From the NCBI GenBank assembly GCA_001795615.1, contig MGKI01000002.1:2760-66759 (forward strand): a stretch of 64,000 nt of DNA, given 5' to 3'. The position numbers and the translations under genes are program-made. Below, piece after piece: positions 9,865 to 20,221 of the stretch (the first letter of the stretch is position 1; the number at the start of each line of letters is the position of its first letter). The notes below the pieces were generated by a model that had not been told where the DNA came from, ran no database searches, and saw nothing but the letters and a program-made list of their open reading frames with translations. This DNA is from Candidatus Yanofskybacteria bacterium RIFCSPLOWO2_01_FULL_42_49 (lineage in GTDB: Bacteria > Patescibacteriota > Minisyncoccia > 2-02-FULL-40-12 > GWA2-44-9).

Positions 9865-10474
9865 TTATTGAATCTTTAATTAAAATTAAGTTCTTGCACG
9901 AAAGCACTTCGAGGGAATTTAAATTTCTTGCCTCAACTATCCCCAATTTTTGTATATTGCCAGATGCTCGTTGAATGTCCTTATTAGTTGACGGTAAAAC
10001 CATTAAAACACTACCGAGTCCGCCTAGCTTGCCAGTGAATAATTTCAAAATAGCGGCCACTTCTTTTGTTTTTGGCGCGTTCAGGACAACATTATCAACC
10101 ACTACAATATTTCCGCCTCTTGCTTTTTCACTTAATGCCACAAAAAGGGCTCTGTGTGCCATCTTTTTGCCTATTTTTTTCTCAAACTTTACATCCTTGG
10201 TCGGCCCAAAAGTTACCCCTCCGCCCTTCCATATCGGAGAACGAATAGAACCGTGTCTCGCTCTGCCTGTGCCTTTCTGCCGCCAAGGTTTTTTACCGCC
10301 GCCCCTTACTTCAGACCTTGTCTTTGCGTGAGCCAAGACTTGTCTTTTGTTGGCCATTTGCGCTGAAACCACTTGGTGAAGCAGATCATTATTTGAAGGA
10401 ACGGCAAAAACAGAGTCGGGCAAGTCAATTGTGCCTATTTGTTCAGCCTGCTGATTGTATAAAGGTTTTTCCAT
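9845..10474 (-). CDS. rplD: 50S ribosomal protein L4
   Basis: KPWRQKGTGRARHGSIRSP. Confidence 0.97.
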   Translation of the reverse strand: MEKPLYNQQAEQIGTIDLPDSVFAVPSNNDLLHQVVSAQMANKRQVLAHAKTRSEVRGGGKKPWRQKGTGRARHGSIRSPIWKGGGVTFGPTKDVKFEKKIGKKMAHRALFVALSEKARGGNIVVVDNVVLNAPKTKEVAAILKLFTGKLGGLGSVLMVLPSTNKDIQRASGNIQKLGIVEARNLNSLEVLSCKNLILIKDSINVLEKR

Positions 10475-10600
10475 AAAAATTTCTAATACCTAATATCTAA
10501 TTTCTAATAAAATTTCCAATTTCTCAATGTCTAATGTCTTAACTTTTTAGAATTTAACATTTGGCATTTCATTAGAAATTAGGAATTAGTAATTAGGAAT

Positions 10601-11146
10601 TCACTCTTGTGATTGTATAATCACAATCGATTTCTTATTCCCCGGCACTGCTCCTTTAACTGCAATCAGATTATTTTCTACATCTATTTTAACCACCTTT
10701 AAACCTCGCGTAGTTGCTTTCACTCCACCCATTCGTCCAGCCATTCTCATACCTTTCAATGTATGCTGGGGAAATCTTTGACCGATTGAACCGGCATGCC
10801 TAAGCACATGGTGATGGCCGTGGCTGAAAGGCATTCCGGAAAAACCATGTCTTTTTACTACGCCCTGAAATCCCTTGCCCTTAGATACTCCGCTGACTTT
10901 AACAATGTCTCCTTCGGAAAAAATTGAAACGGTCAGCTTGTCCCCGACATTTTGTTGTTGATTAATTTTAGTCTCTCTTTTCTTTTTTCCTACGGACACC
11001 TGAACTGCTTCATAGCCATCTTTTTCTTTGGTTTTAACCTGGGTTACAGTATTCGGTTCAACCTCAATAACGGTAACAGGTATTACAGCGCCATCCTCGC
11101 TGAATATCTGGCTCATTCCTAATTTTCGTCCAATTATGAATTTCAT
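10601..11146 (-). CDS. rplC: 50S ribosomal protein L3 (short, 181 aa)
   Basis: GRKLGMSQ, SKGKGFQGVVKRHGF, VKGAVPG. Confidence 0.96.
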   Translation of the reverse strand: MKFIIGRKLGMSQIFSEDGAVIPVTVIEVEPNTVTQVKTKEKDGYEAVQVSVGKKKRETKINQQQNVGDKLTVSIFSEGDIVKVSGVSKGKGFQGVVKRHGFSGMPFSHGHHHVLRHAGSIGQRFPQHTLKGMRMAGRMGGVKATTRGLKVVKIDVENNLIAVKGAVPGNKKSIVIIQSQE

Positions 11147-11528
11147 GTGGCTACCGCTGAATTAACGCTGATTATTACGCTGATTTATCGCTGACCTATT
11201 TCGGCGCCATATCAGCGCTCCTATCAGCGACATATCGACGGTTATTTCCAACAAAAAACCCAGTTCTAGCTGGATCTAACCATAAACTAAAACTTTGTAT
11301 TGCTAACTATGCGGTTTTATTTGGGGTTAAAACCACTTTTATTTGATTTGAGATATTAACACAACAATGTACTTTTACAAACCCGTTCTTTTAACCTTTC
11401 TTCGGGATAAGTTCTAATGTTGTATTACTACCTTATCTCTTGCCACCTTCGCCTTCGCCGGCTGGCGAATGGCAAATCTGATGACAAGGGGAAGGGAATA
11501 ATTATTTATGCTGCACTTTAAGGAAATC

Positions 11529-11855
11529 TCACATTTTAACCTCTATATCGACCCCGGATGGTAAATTAAGATTCATCAATGCGTCGATTATTTTAGGTGT
11601 TGGCGAAGTTATATCGATTACCCTTTTGTGCGTTCTCATCTCAAATTGTTCACGGGAAGTTTTGTCTATAAAGGTAGACCTGTTAACCGTGTATTTGTGT
11701 ATCTCTGTAGGCAACGGCACAGGGCCCACCGGCTTGCCGCCGTATCTTTCAATAGTATCAACAATCTGCTGAGCAGACTTGTCTATAATCTTATTATCGT
11801 AAGCCCGCAGTTTTATTCTTATTTTCTGTTGATTTTCCGTCGTTTTTTTTGCCAT
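11529..11855 (-). CDS. rpsJ: 30S ribosomal protein S10
   Basis: [27 protein letters not shown]. Confidence 0.97.
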   Translation of the reverse strand: MAKKTTENQQKIRIKLRAYDNKIIDKSAQQIVDTIERYGGKPVGPVPLPTEIHKYTVNRSTFIDKTSREQFEMRTHKRVIDITSPTPKIIDALMNLNLPSGVDIEVKM

Positions 11856-11953
11856 TTTCTTAGTAAAGAACTAGATATAACACTAACCTACAAATCCTTA
11901 CGAATGCTACGAATAATTATTTGTGGTATTCGCATGTCATTCGTAGATTTGTG

Positions 11954-13156
11954 TTACATTGTAACCTTCGTTACCACTCCCGCTCCGACCGTTTTGCCGC
12001 CTTCTCTGATGGCAAACCTCTGCTTTTCTTCCATGGCAATAGGAGCAATAAGTTTAACTTTCAAATTAACAGTGTCACCCGGCATGACCATTTCCGCTCC
12101 TTCCGGCAACATGACCTCGCCTGTAACATCCGTAGTTCGGAAATAGAATTGCGGTTTATAGCCCTTGAAAAACGGGGTATGCCTTCCGCCCTCTTCCTTA
12201 GTCAAAACATAAATCTCCGTCTCAAATTCAGTGTGGGGAGTTATCGATCCTGGCTTGGCTAAAACTTGGCCTCGCTCTACATCTTCCTTTTTGGTACCTC
12301 TCAAAAGAACACCGGCATTATCTCCAGCTAAACCTTCGTCGAGCTGTTTGTTAAACATCTCAATTCCAGTAATAACGGTTTTTGATGTCGGTTTCAGTCC
12401 TACGATTTCAACCTCTTCGTTGACTTTTGCTTTGCCTCGTTCGATTCTACCGGTAACAACAGTTCCCCTGCCTTCAATAGAGAAAATATCTTCAATCGGC
12501 ATAAGAAATGGCTTATCAGTTTCGCGAACCGGATCGGCAAAATATGTATCAAGAGCATCAAGTAATTCTTTTATCGGTTTGGCGGCGGGATCGTCTTTTG
12601 ACTTCGCCTCAAGTGCTTTCAGCCCGGAACCTCTTATGATGGGGGTTTTTTCTCCGTCATATTGATACTTGCTCAAAAGCTCTCTTATTTCAGCTTCAAC
12701 CAGTTCAAGCATTTCGGTATCGTCAACTTGGTCGACTTTGTTTAAAAATACGATTAAGGAGGGCAGACCAACCTGTCTTGCTAATAGAATATGCTCTCTT
12801 GTTTGAGGCATTGGACCATCGGTAGCAGCAACAACCAACACGGCACCATCCATTTGAGCTGCGCCGGTTATCATGTTTTTGATGTAATCCTGGTGGCCTG
12901 GAGCATCAACATGAGCATAATGGCGCTTAGGGGTTTCGTATTCAGAATGGTGGAGAGAAATGGTGATTCCTCTTGCTTTTTCTTCCGGAGCGTTATCAAT
13001 TTGATCAACCGCCTCAACACGGGCGCTGTATCCATCATCTTTATACAAATTAGCTGTATGCAAAATCGCCGCTGTTAAAGTGGTTTTTCCGTGGTCAACG
13101 TGACCGATTGTGCCGACATTCATGTGCGGCTTTGATCTTTCAAATTTTCCTGCCAT
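11954..13156 (-). CDS. tuf: Elongation factor Tu
   Basis: [25 protein letters not shown]. Confidence 0.99.
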   Translation of the reverse strand: MAGKFERSKPHMNVGTIGHVDHGKTTLTAAILHTANLYKDDGYSARVEAVDQIDNAPEEKARGITISLHHSEYETPKRHYAHVDAPGHQDYIKNMITGAAQMDGAVLVVAATDGPMPQTREHILLARQVGLPSLIVFLNKVDQVDDTEMLELVEAEIRELLSKYQYDGEKTPIIRGSGLKALEAKSKDDPAAKPIKELLDALDTYFADPVRETDKPFLMPIEDIFSIEGRGTVVTGRIERGKAKVNEEVEIVGLKPTSKTVITGIEMFNKQLDEGLAGDNAGVLLRGTKKEDVERGQVLAKPGSITPHTEFETEIYVLTKEEGGRHTPFFKGYKPQFYFRTTDVTGEVMLPEGAEMVMPGDTVNLKVKLIAPIAMEEKQRFAIREGGKTVGAGVVTKVTM

Positions 13157-13275
13157 TGTTTCACAACTTACAACCTACAACTTACAATCTACAACTTTTT
13201 GTTGCTGATTGTTGATTGTGGATTGTTGGTTAAAATGTGTATTGTCGTGTAAGTCCTATTTTATACGAATAACTG

Positions 13276-13662
13276 CTATCCGTCAACAACTGTGGATTTC
13301 TCTTCCTTGTCTATTTCGTTCTTTAGCGCCAATATTTCTCTGTTTATTTTTTCTAAAAGCTCCGCTTCTTTCTCGCTTATGCGGTATTGGAATTTTCCAG
13401 AAACATCAACCGGGGAACTGGCCGGAAAAATGGGTTTTTGAATTCCGGGATCATCCGCCGATAAGTTTAGGGGCTGGCCGTTATTAATACTAGGAGAAAC
13501 GCCGACTTGAACAGGGTGATTAATCTTTATTTCTTTCTCCTGATCTGAGATAAGATTTTTATAAGAATCATAACCAAGTACCACAAACGACGGCTCGCCG
13601 TTATCCAAAATTAAAACTGCGGTGGAACCTTTCAGTAGTTTTTTTAGTTCATCAGTATTCAA
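13276..13662 (-). CDS. Hypothetical protein with Phd/YefM-like N-terminus
   Basis: AVLILDNGEPSFVVLGYDSY resembles the Phd/YefM beta-strand motif; start codon uncertain. Confidence 0.5.
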   Translation of the reverse strand: MNTDELKKLLKGSTAVLILDNGEPSFVVLGYDSYKNLISDQEKEIKINHPVQVGVSPSINNGQPLNLSADDPGIQKPIFPASSPVDVSGKFQYRISEKEAELLEKINREILALKNEIDKEEKSTVVDG

Positions 13663-13756
13663 ATTAACATTTGAACAACTAAACAAATTAACAAATAAAC
13701 AAGGATGTAAAATCGCCGGCCTGGCTAATTGCTAAATTGTTTAATTGTTAAGTTGA

Positions 13757-15880
13757 TCACTTCTTCCCTTCTTTAATGAGCTCCGCAATATTATTCGGTA
13801 CTGGCTCATAATGGTCAAACTCCATATTAAATGTCCCTCTGCCTTCGGTCAAGGACCTCAAAGATGTCGCATATCCGAACATTTCTGACAACGGAACCCG
13901 CGAATCAACAACTTTAAGATTCAAGGGGCTCCTGTCGTTTATGCTCAAAATCTGGCCACGCCTTGAGGCCAAGTCACCCGTAACTTCTCCCATAAAATTG
14001 TCGGGCATTATAATCTCAACTTTCATTATCGGTTCCAGCAATATGGCTTTGGCTCTCCTGGCAGCTTCTCCAAGAGCGGTTGATGATGCAATTTTGAAAG
14101 CAATTTCTGACGAGTCAACATCGTGGTACGAACCGTCATACAAAGTAACCTTCATATCAACCATCGGGAAACCGGCAACGACTCCTTTGTCCAAGGCTTC
14201 TCTAACGCCTTTCTCGCAAGGGTTGATAAATTCTTCCGGTATGGCTCCCCCTCTGATAGCATTAACAAATTCAAAGCCGGAGCTTCTGTCTTTCGGCTCT
14301 ACTCTTAACCATACATGGCCGTACTGGCCGCGGCCTCCCGACTGACGAATATATTTCCCTTCCGCTTCTGCGGTACCGGTAATTGTTTCTTTGTAAGCAA
14401 CCTGGGGACGGCCGACGCTTACCCCCACGCCAAATTCTCTTTTCAGTCGGTCGACAATTATTTCAAGGTGCAGCTCGCCCATTCCGGAAATAATTGTTTC
14501 GGCAGTCTCCTCATCGGTTTTAATCCTAAAAGTAGGATCTTCGTCTGAAAGCTTCCTTAATGCCAGGCTCATTTTTTCCTGGTCGGCTTTTGTTTTTGGT
14601 TCAACCCTCAGAGATATGACCGGCTCAGGGACTTCTATGCCCTCCAAAACTGCCGGGTTATCAGGATCGCAAAGCGTATCTCCCGTTTTCGTGTCTTTCA
14701 AGCCAACCGTTGCGGCGATATTGCCGGCATATATTTCTTTGATCTCTTCTCTTTGGTTGGCGTGAAGCCGAACAATACGGCTTATCCTTTCCTGTTGTCC
14801 GCTTCTGGTGTTAAGAACATAGGAACCGGATGCCAGTTTTCCAGAATAAACCCTAAAAAAAGTAAGAGAACCGACAAACGGGTCAGTTGCGGTTTTAAAC
14901 GCCAACGCGGTAAACGGAGCATTTTCGTCAGCTGAAACCAGTTTTGTCTGGCCAGTTTTTGAGTCCACGCTGCTGGTCGGAGGTATGTCTATCGGGGAAG
15001 GCAAGTAATAAGCAACGGCATCAAGCACAAGCTGAACACCTTTATTTTTCAAAGCAGAACCGCACAAAACAGGGAAAATTTTATTTTCTATAGTTGCTTT
15101 TCTTAATATCTCCCTCAACTTGTCCAGGCCGACTTCTTTTCCTTCAAGGTAATCAGACATTGCTTTATCATCCTGCTCAACTATTTTTTCAATGGCAACC
15201 GCTCTTTCTTTTTCAGCTTCTTGTTTTAGGTGTTCCGGTATTGCGCTTTTTACCACCTTCTCCCCTCTTTCGCCCTCAAAGGTTATGTATTCCATCGTAA
15301 GCAAATCGACAATGCCCTTGAATTGATCTTCATGTCCATCGGGTATCTGTAGTTTCACGGCAAACGGAGAAAGACGACCGAGGATTGATTGGAAAGATCG
15401 TTCGAAAGAAGCACCCAGCCGGTCAAGCTTGTTAATAAAACAAATCCTCGGCACCTGATAGTCATCGGCATACCGCCAGTTTGTTTCTGACTGGGGCTCT
15501 ACTCCGGCCACACCATCAAAGACCACAACAGCCCCGTCCAAAACACGCAAAGAGCGCTTGACCTCAATCGTAAAATCAATGTGTCCGGGGGTGTCGATAA
15601 TGTTGAGTTTGTACTTATTATCTGTCTGCTGATGGCTGATGACTGATGGCTGATGGCTAGTGGGGGTCCAATAAGCGGTAGTAGCTGCCGCGGTTATGGT
15701 TATCCCTCTCTCCCTTTCTTGTTCCATCCAGTCCATTATGGTATCTCCTTCATGGACCTCCCCTATCTTGTGGGAAATACCGGTATAAAAAAGAACCCTC
15801 TCTGAGGTCGTGGTCTTGCCGGCATCAATATGAGCAATGACGCCGAAGTTACGAATTTTATTTATTGGATAATCGGCCAA
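13757..15880 (-). CDS. fusA: Elongation factor G
   Basis: AHIDAGKTT, DTPGHIDF, GMGELHL, RQSGGRGQYG. Confidence 0.99.
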   Translation of the reverse strand: MADYPINKIRNFGVIAHIDAGKTTTSERVLFYTGISHKIGEVHEGDTIMDWMEQERERGITITAAATTAYWTPTSHQPSVISHQQTDNKYKLNIIDTPGHIDFTIEVKRSLRVLDGAVVVFDGVAGVEPQSETNWRYADDYQVPRICFINKLDRLGASFERSFQSILGRLSPFAVKLQIPDGHEDQFKGIVDLLTMEYITFEGERGEKVVKSAIPEHLKQEAEKERAVAIEKIVEQDDKAMSDYLEGKEVGLDKLREILRKATIENKIFPVLCGSALKNKGVQLVLDAVAYYLPSPIDIPPTSSVDSKTGQTKLVSADENAPFTALAFKTATDPFVGSLTFFRVYSGKLASGSYVLNTRSGQQERISRIVRLHANQREEIKEIYAGNIAATVGLKDTKTGDTLCDPDNPAVLEGIEVPEPVISLRVEPKTKADQEKMSLALRKLSDEDPTFRIKTDEETAETIISGMGELHLEIIVDRLKREFGVGVSVGRPQVAYKETITGTAEAEGKYIRQSGGRGQYGHVWLRVEPKDRSSGFEFVNAIRGGAIPEEFINPCEKGVREALDKGVVAGFPMVDMKVTLYDGSYHDVDSSEIAFKIASSTALGEAARRAKAILLEPIMKVEIIMPDNFMGEVTGDLASRRGQILSINDRSPLNLKVVDSRVPLSEMFGYATSLRSLTEGRGTFNMEFDHYEPVPNNIAELIKEGKK

Positions 15881-15959
15881 AACTAGGTTTTAGGTTTTAG
15901 GTTTTAGGTTTTAGGTCCTCAACTAACACCTATTACCTAAGACCTAACACCTGATTTTC

Positions 15960-16427
15960 TTACCACGAAAAATGAGCAAATGCCTTATTTGCCTCTGCCA
16001 TTCTTTGTACATCTTGTCTCTTTTTAACCGCACCACCGGTATTATTGGAAGCATTGGCAAACTCTTCGGCTAATTTTACCGCCATTGATTTGCCTTTTTG
16101 AGATCTGGCTGAATCAACTATCCACCTAATCGCCAAAGCCGTTCTTCTTTCCGGCCTGACTTCGACTGGCACCTGATAATTGGCTCCGCCCACTCTCTTT
16201 GATCTTAGCTCAACGGACGGATAAACGTTGCCCATTGCCTTTTCAAATACTTCCATGGCTGGTTTTTTGGTCTGTTTTTCAAGAATATCTAAGGCTGAAT
16301 AAACAATCCTCCTTGCAATCGGTTTTTTACCTTCCTGCATTATTTTGTTAATAAATTTGGAAATTAAAACATTAGAATACTTGGTATCCGGTTCAGTTGC
16401 CGCTCGTTTTTTTATTAGTCTACGCAA
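15960..16427 (-). CDS. rpsG: 30S ribosomal protein S7
   Basis: RVGGANYQVPVEV, MAEANKAFAHF. Confidence 0.98.
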   Translation of the reverse strand: MRRLIKKRAATEPDTKYSNVLISKFINKIMQEGKKPIARRIVYSALDILEKQTKKPAMEVFEKAMGNVYPSVELRSKRVGGANYQVPVEVRPERRTALAIRWIVDSARSQKGKSMAVKLAEEFANASNNTGGAVKKRQDVQRMAEANKAFAHFSW

Positions 16428-16492
16428 TTAAGTATTGAGTATTTGGTATTAAGTATTAAGTATACTGGATACATAATACTGAATACATAATA

Positions 16493-16903
16493 CTATTTCG
16501 GTCTCTTGGCTCCATATTTTGACCTCTGTTGCATCCTTCCTTCTACTCCTGTGCTGTCTAATACTCCCCTTACTATATGATATCTTACTCCGGGTAAATC
16601 TTTAACCCTTCCTCCTCTGATAACAACGACGGAGTGTTCCTGAAGATTGTGTCCTATGCCAGGAATATATGCGGTTACTTCCATACCGTTGGTTAATCTG
16701 ACACGGGCGAATTTACGCAAAGCAGAGTTCGGCTTCTTGGGAGTCATCGTACCGACCCTTATCGCAACTCCTCTTTTAAAAGGGGCCGAATAGTGTGCCG
16801 GTTTATTCTTTAAAACATTAAATCCGCGAGCCAAAGCCGGCGACTTGGTTTTCGCTTTTGCTATTTTACGAGGTTTTTTTAATAACTGGCGAAATGTTGG
16901 CAA
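16493..16903 (-). CDS. rpsL: 30S ribosomal protein S12
   Basis: [23 protein letters not shown]. Confidence 0.98.
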   Translation of the reverse strand: MPTFRQLLKKPRKIAKAKTKSPALARGFNVLKNKPAHYSAPFKRGVAIRVGTMTPKKPNSALRKFARVRLTNGMEVTAYIPGIGHNLQEHSVVVIRGGRVKDLPGVRYHIVRGVLDSTGVEGRMQQRSKYGAKRPK

Positions 16904-17053
16904 GCTTCACTCGCACCCACAACCTACAACTTACAACTTACAACAAAACTGTCGTTGGTCATTGGTCATTGGTTATTGGTCAATAAAATAAGACCCCCTA
17001 AGGTCTTGAGAAGTATATCAGCCCTTAAGCATTTGTGTCAATCTGGACGTTTG

Positions 17054-17674
17054 CTAGAATCCTATCCCTGTTAATAAGCGAAACATCCATCCTATCAATG
17101 GCATCAATAATGGAAAGACGAAGAAGAGAAAAAACAAAAGCAACAAGAATCCGTATTTGTATAAAAACACTTTTATCGCTGCGAATTTAAGCGGCAGGAA
17201 TGTCAGCAAAAGCCAGTGGCCGTCTAAGGGCGGTACCGGGAAGAGGTTAAATATCGCAAGAAAAAGATTTAATGTTACTACGACGCTTAACAACTCTGGA
17301 ACAAGAGATGAAGAAAAAACATCCGGCAAAAATCTCAGCGTAAGACCGAACAATACCGCCAAAGCGATGTTGGATGCCGGTCCAGCGAGAGCGACCTTGG
17401 CCGGGCCGTATTTTCTGTCACGCAAATTTTCGGGATTATACGGAACCGGTTTGGCATACCCGAATATAAAGCCCCCGAGCATAAAGGAAATGAGGGGAAG
17501 AAAAACAGAACCAAACATATCCAGATGTTTAATCGGATTCAGTGTCAATCGGCCAAGATTCTTTGCCGTAGGATCGCCCAAAGAATAGGCCACCGCTCCG
17601 TGGCTTACCTCGTGTATTACAACAGAATACAAAAGCGCTATTATCCAGAAAATGGCAGTTAATGTGGATTCCAT
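17054..17674 (-). CDS. Site-2 protease family (M50) membrane metalloprotease
   Basis: HEVSH, AGPASN, NLFPVPPLDG; start moved to MESTLTA. Confidence 0.92.
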   Translation of the reverse strand: MESTLTAIFWIIALLYSVVIHEVSHGAVAYSLGDPTAKNLGRLTLNPIKHLDMFGSVFLPLISFMLGGFIFGYAKPVPYNPENLRDRKYGPAKVALAGPASNIALAVLFGLTLRFLPDVFSSSLVPELLSVVVTLNLFLAIFNLFPVPPLDGHWLLLTFLPLKFAAIKVFLYKYGFLLLLFFLFFVFPLLMPLIGWMFRLLTGIGF

Positions 17675-17872
17675 GCTAATGCTTGAAATAATAGCAAGGA
17701 TGAGATATACTAGCAAGACAAATCTGAAACAGAATAACTCAATATACAATAACCAACATCCAATCAAGTTATAAAAACTCTTACAGGTTTTCAAATAAAG
17801 GTTTCCAAATATTTAAAGAGTTGATTATTTATTGGTGATTGATTATTGGTTATTGATGATTTATTAACCCAC

Positions 17873-18055
17873 ATGACTCGTTGTTCCCAATGTGGTAAAA
17901 AACCGATAATGGCTACAACTCGCAAACTCTTGCGAGGCCATTATAATCCGACATCTAAAACCAAAAGGTATCCCAATCTCCAATGGACTAAAATAGGAGG
18001 AAAAAGAGTAAAACTCTGCACCGACTGCATTAAGACACTGCATAAAGTCAGATAG
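17873..18055 (+). CDS. rpmB: 50S ribosomal protein L28
   Basis: MTRCSQCGK...PNLQW...KLCTDCIK. Confidence 0.9.
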   Translation: MTRCSQCGKKPIMATTRKLLRGHYNPTSKTKRYPNLQWTKIGGKRVKLCTDCIKTLHKVR

Positions 18056-18068
18056 AACTTGCTAGACC

Positions 18069-19057
18069 TTGTACAAGGAACATCTCCCAAAACAGGAATT
18101 AAGTGCCGACAAACTCACTCCCGCTGAAGAGAAAGCTTTTGATTTGCTTATAGCCGAACGAAGCGGAACGGCAACAAATATGAGCGACTTCATTGAGGTG
18201 GAAGGTTACGGCGAAGAACGCATCCGCAGAGACAAGGAAAGGGTTGAAAGAAAAAAGAGAGAAAAAAAGAACACGGTACCGAACCGACAAGAAAAGCCCG
18301 GCTTCTGGAGATGATCCTCACCGACCAGATTGAACTAAGCAACTGGTTCGGCCAGGATACATACACGATAATACCGGCCGAATACGACGACCTGTTTCAT
18401 GGTGTAGACCTTGCTTTGGAAGTAGAAGATGAGTCAGAAGTTAAACACTTGGCTCTGGGAATAGATGCCACATCTTCTACTATCAACATCAGAGAAAAAT
18501 TAAAGAAGATAAAAGACCATATCGCTGACGGAACATTGACCACAATGGAGTATTTCCATTCCGACGACCACAACCCGGATTTCTACGGAACAATGAGAAA
18601 CATACCGCAGGTAATCATTGGGGTTGACGGCAAGACTATTAGAGATTTAGGCGAGCTGTGGATGTCGGCATACGGTTTAGCCAGATTAAGACAGAGGTCG
18701 GGCGGACCTGAGTTGAGTCCCGAGGCCGAGGAAAGCCAGAAACAAAGAGTAAAAGAGGCAAAAGAAAAGCTCGCAAGTCATCGAGCACAATTTCTCCTGC
18801 TCGAAGAAATTAAACTGCAGTTAATAGTATTCCGAAAATTCGCCATTGAAGAGAGCCAGCGACAGGAAGCAAGGGGCAATATACGATTAGCAGAAAAAAT
18901 TATTCAAGCAGCCAACAAATTAGAATCGACCCTAAACCTCATAAACTCGGTACTGCAGAAAAAAGGAATCCCCGACAGAGAAGATGTTTTCAAAAATAAT
19001 GAAGATGTGGTTTTCCAGGCATTAAGTGAAGCGGTAAGCGATTTTGAAAATCTGTAA
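18069..19057 (+). CDS. Hypothetical protein split into two frames (18069-18314, 18311-19057), joinable by a -1 shift
   Basis: Downstream frame is open back through the A-rich tract at 18251-18269; DDLFHGVDLALE resembles a PD-(D/E)XK-like motif. Confidence 0.5.
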
Positions 19058-19114
19058 ACCTCGTCTTCGCGAGCACGGGCTTTGCCCGTCGTAGCTCGCT
19101 TCGGCGAGCGAAGA

Positions 19115-19188
19115 CGGGACGGAGTATGCCGGTAGTACGCGTCCATGGGGTGGATGTAGACCGGGTTCGATTCCCGGCGTCCCGACCA
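19115..19188 (+). tRNA. tRNA-Pro(GGG)
   Basis: Acceptor CGGGACG/CGTCCCG-A-CCA, anticodon arm CGTCC-ATGGGGT-GGATG, T arm CCGGG-TTCGATT-CCCGG. Confidence 0.88.
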
Positions 19189-19408
19189 ACTAAATCTAAA
19201 CGGCTCACTGGGTGAGCCGTTTAGATTTAGTTGGTCGCAATTGCTAAACGAGACTTGGCAACAACACCTAAAAACACGCCAGTTGGCGTGTTTTTAGGTA
19301 AGCCCTCCTTTATCTCAAAGTCTTCAGCATTTTGCAAAGTGGGTTTCCGCAGGATAACCCCACGGGGTTATCATCATGTAAGAATCCCTAACAAAATAAT
19401 TTGTCCAA

Positions 19409-19680
19409 GGGAGGCAGAACTCAAACTAGCATCACTTGAGCGGAGTCAATTTTGACTATATTCAAGGCGTCGAGGAGTGATTCGTACTTAATGTACGTAA
19501 GCGACGAGCAACGAAGAATATAGTCAAAATTGACCCGCCCCCAGGGGGAAGCTCAAAAATGGCTGATTTCTTTGTTGTGACTCCTTGAAGTAGTGTTAAA
19601 CTACATCTTCGTCATCACACCAAACAAATCATCTCATTTTTGAGCTTCTCAAGTTGATGATAGTTTGAGTTCTGCTTCCC
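19409..19680. repeat. 272-nt structured dispersed element, copy 1
   Basis: Terminal inverted repeats plus nested hairpins; inverted homolog at 55904-56175. Confidence 0.8.
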
Positions 19681-19711
19681 ATGCTTGGAAAAAAAGGTGA
19701 GCTCACTCTTA

Positions 19712-20185
19712 TTATAGCTCATCTTCGGCATAATAGAAGTGGATATCCGGGCGCGAGTAGCTGAAAATCTCGTTTTTGTTGAAGAATATCCCTATTTCCC
19801 TTTTAGCCGCCTTAAGATCTTCCGAAGAATGGATAATATTGGCTGAAGTTGACATCCCGTAGTCCCCCCTTATCGTGCCCGGTAGAGCGTTCTTGCCATC
19901 TGTCGGCCCGCACATACTTCTGACCACTCGAATAACATCTAATCCTTCGAGTATAACCAGTATCACGGGCAACAACTTCATAAACTTCTTCAGGTGCGGT
20001 AAAAAATGTTTACCCTTGTGTTGGGCATAGTGTTTATCCAAAAGCAGGTCGGACATCTTGAGCATCTTCATACCAACCGGCCTTATTCCTTTTTGCTCAA
20101 ACCTGTCTAAAATTTCCCCGACTATCCCCCGATGGATAGCATCGGGTTTCATTATTATTAATGTTTTTTCTTTAGTATTCGGCAT
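19712..20185 (-). CDS. ndk: Nucleoside diphosphate kinase
   Basis: KPDA, PGTIRGDYG, NIIHSS. Confidence 0.95.
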   Translation of the reverse strand: MPNTKEKTLIIMKPDAIHRGIVGEILDRFEQKGIRPVGMKMLKMSDLLLDKHYAQHKGKHFLPHLKKFMKLLPVILVILEGLDVIRVVRSMCGPTDGKNALPGTIRGDYGMSTSANIIHSSEDLKAAKREIGIFFNKNEIFSYSRPDIHFYYAEDEL

Positions 20186-20221
20186 GTCTATTTTTATGAT
20201 AAATCAAAATATCAATAGATT

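Noticed and set aside
1190-16990. Intergenic repeats as a CRISPR array
   Set aside because: Units are 7-12 nt, tandem without unique spacers, differ between loci, and no cas genes are present.
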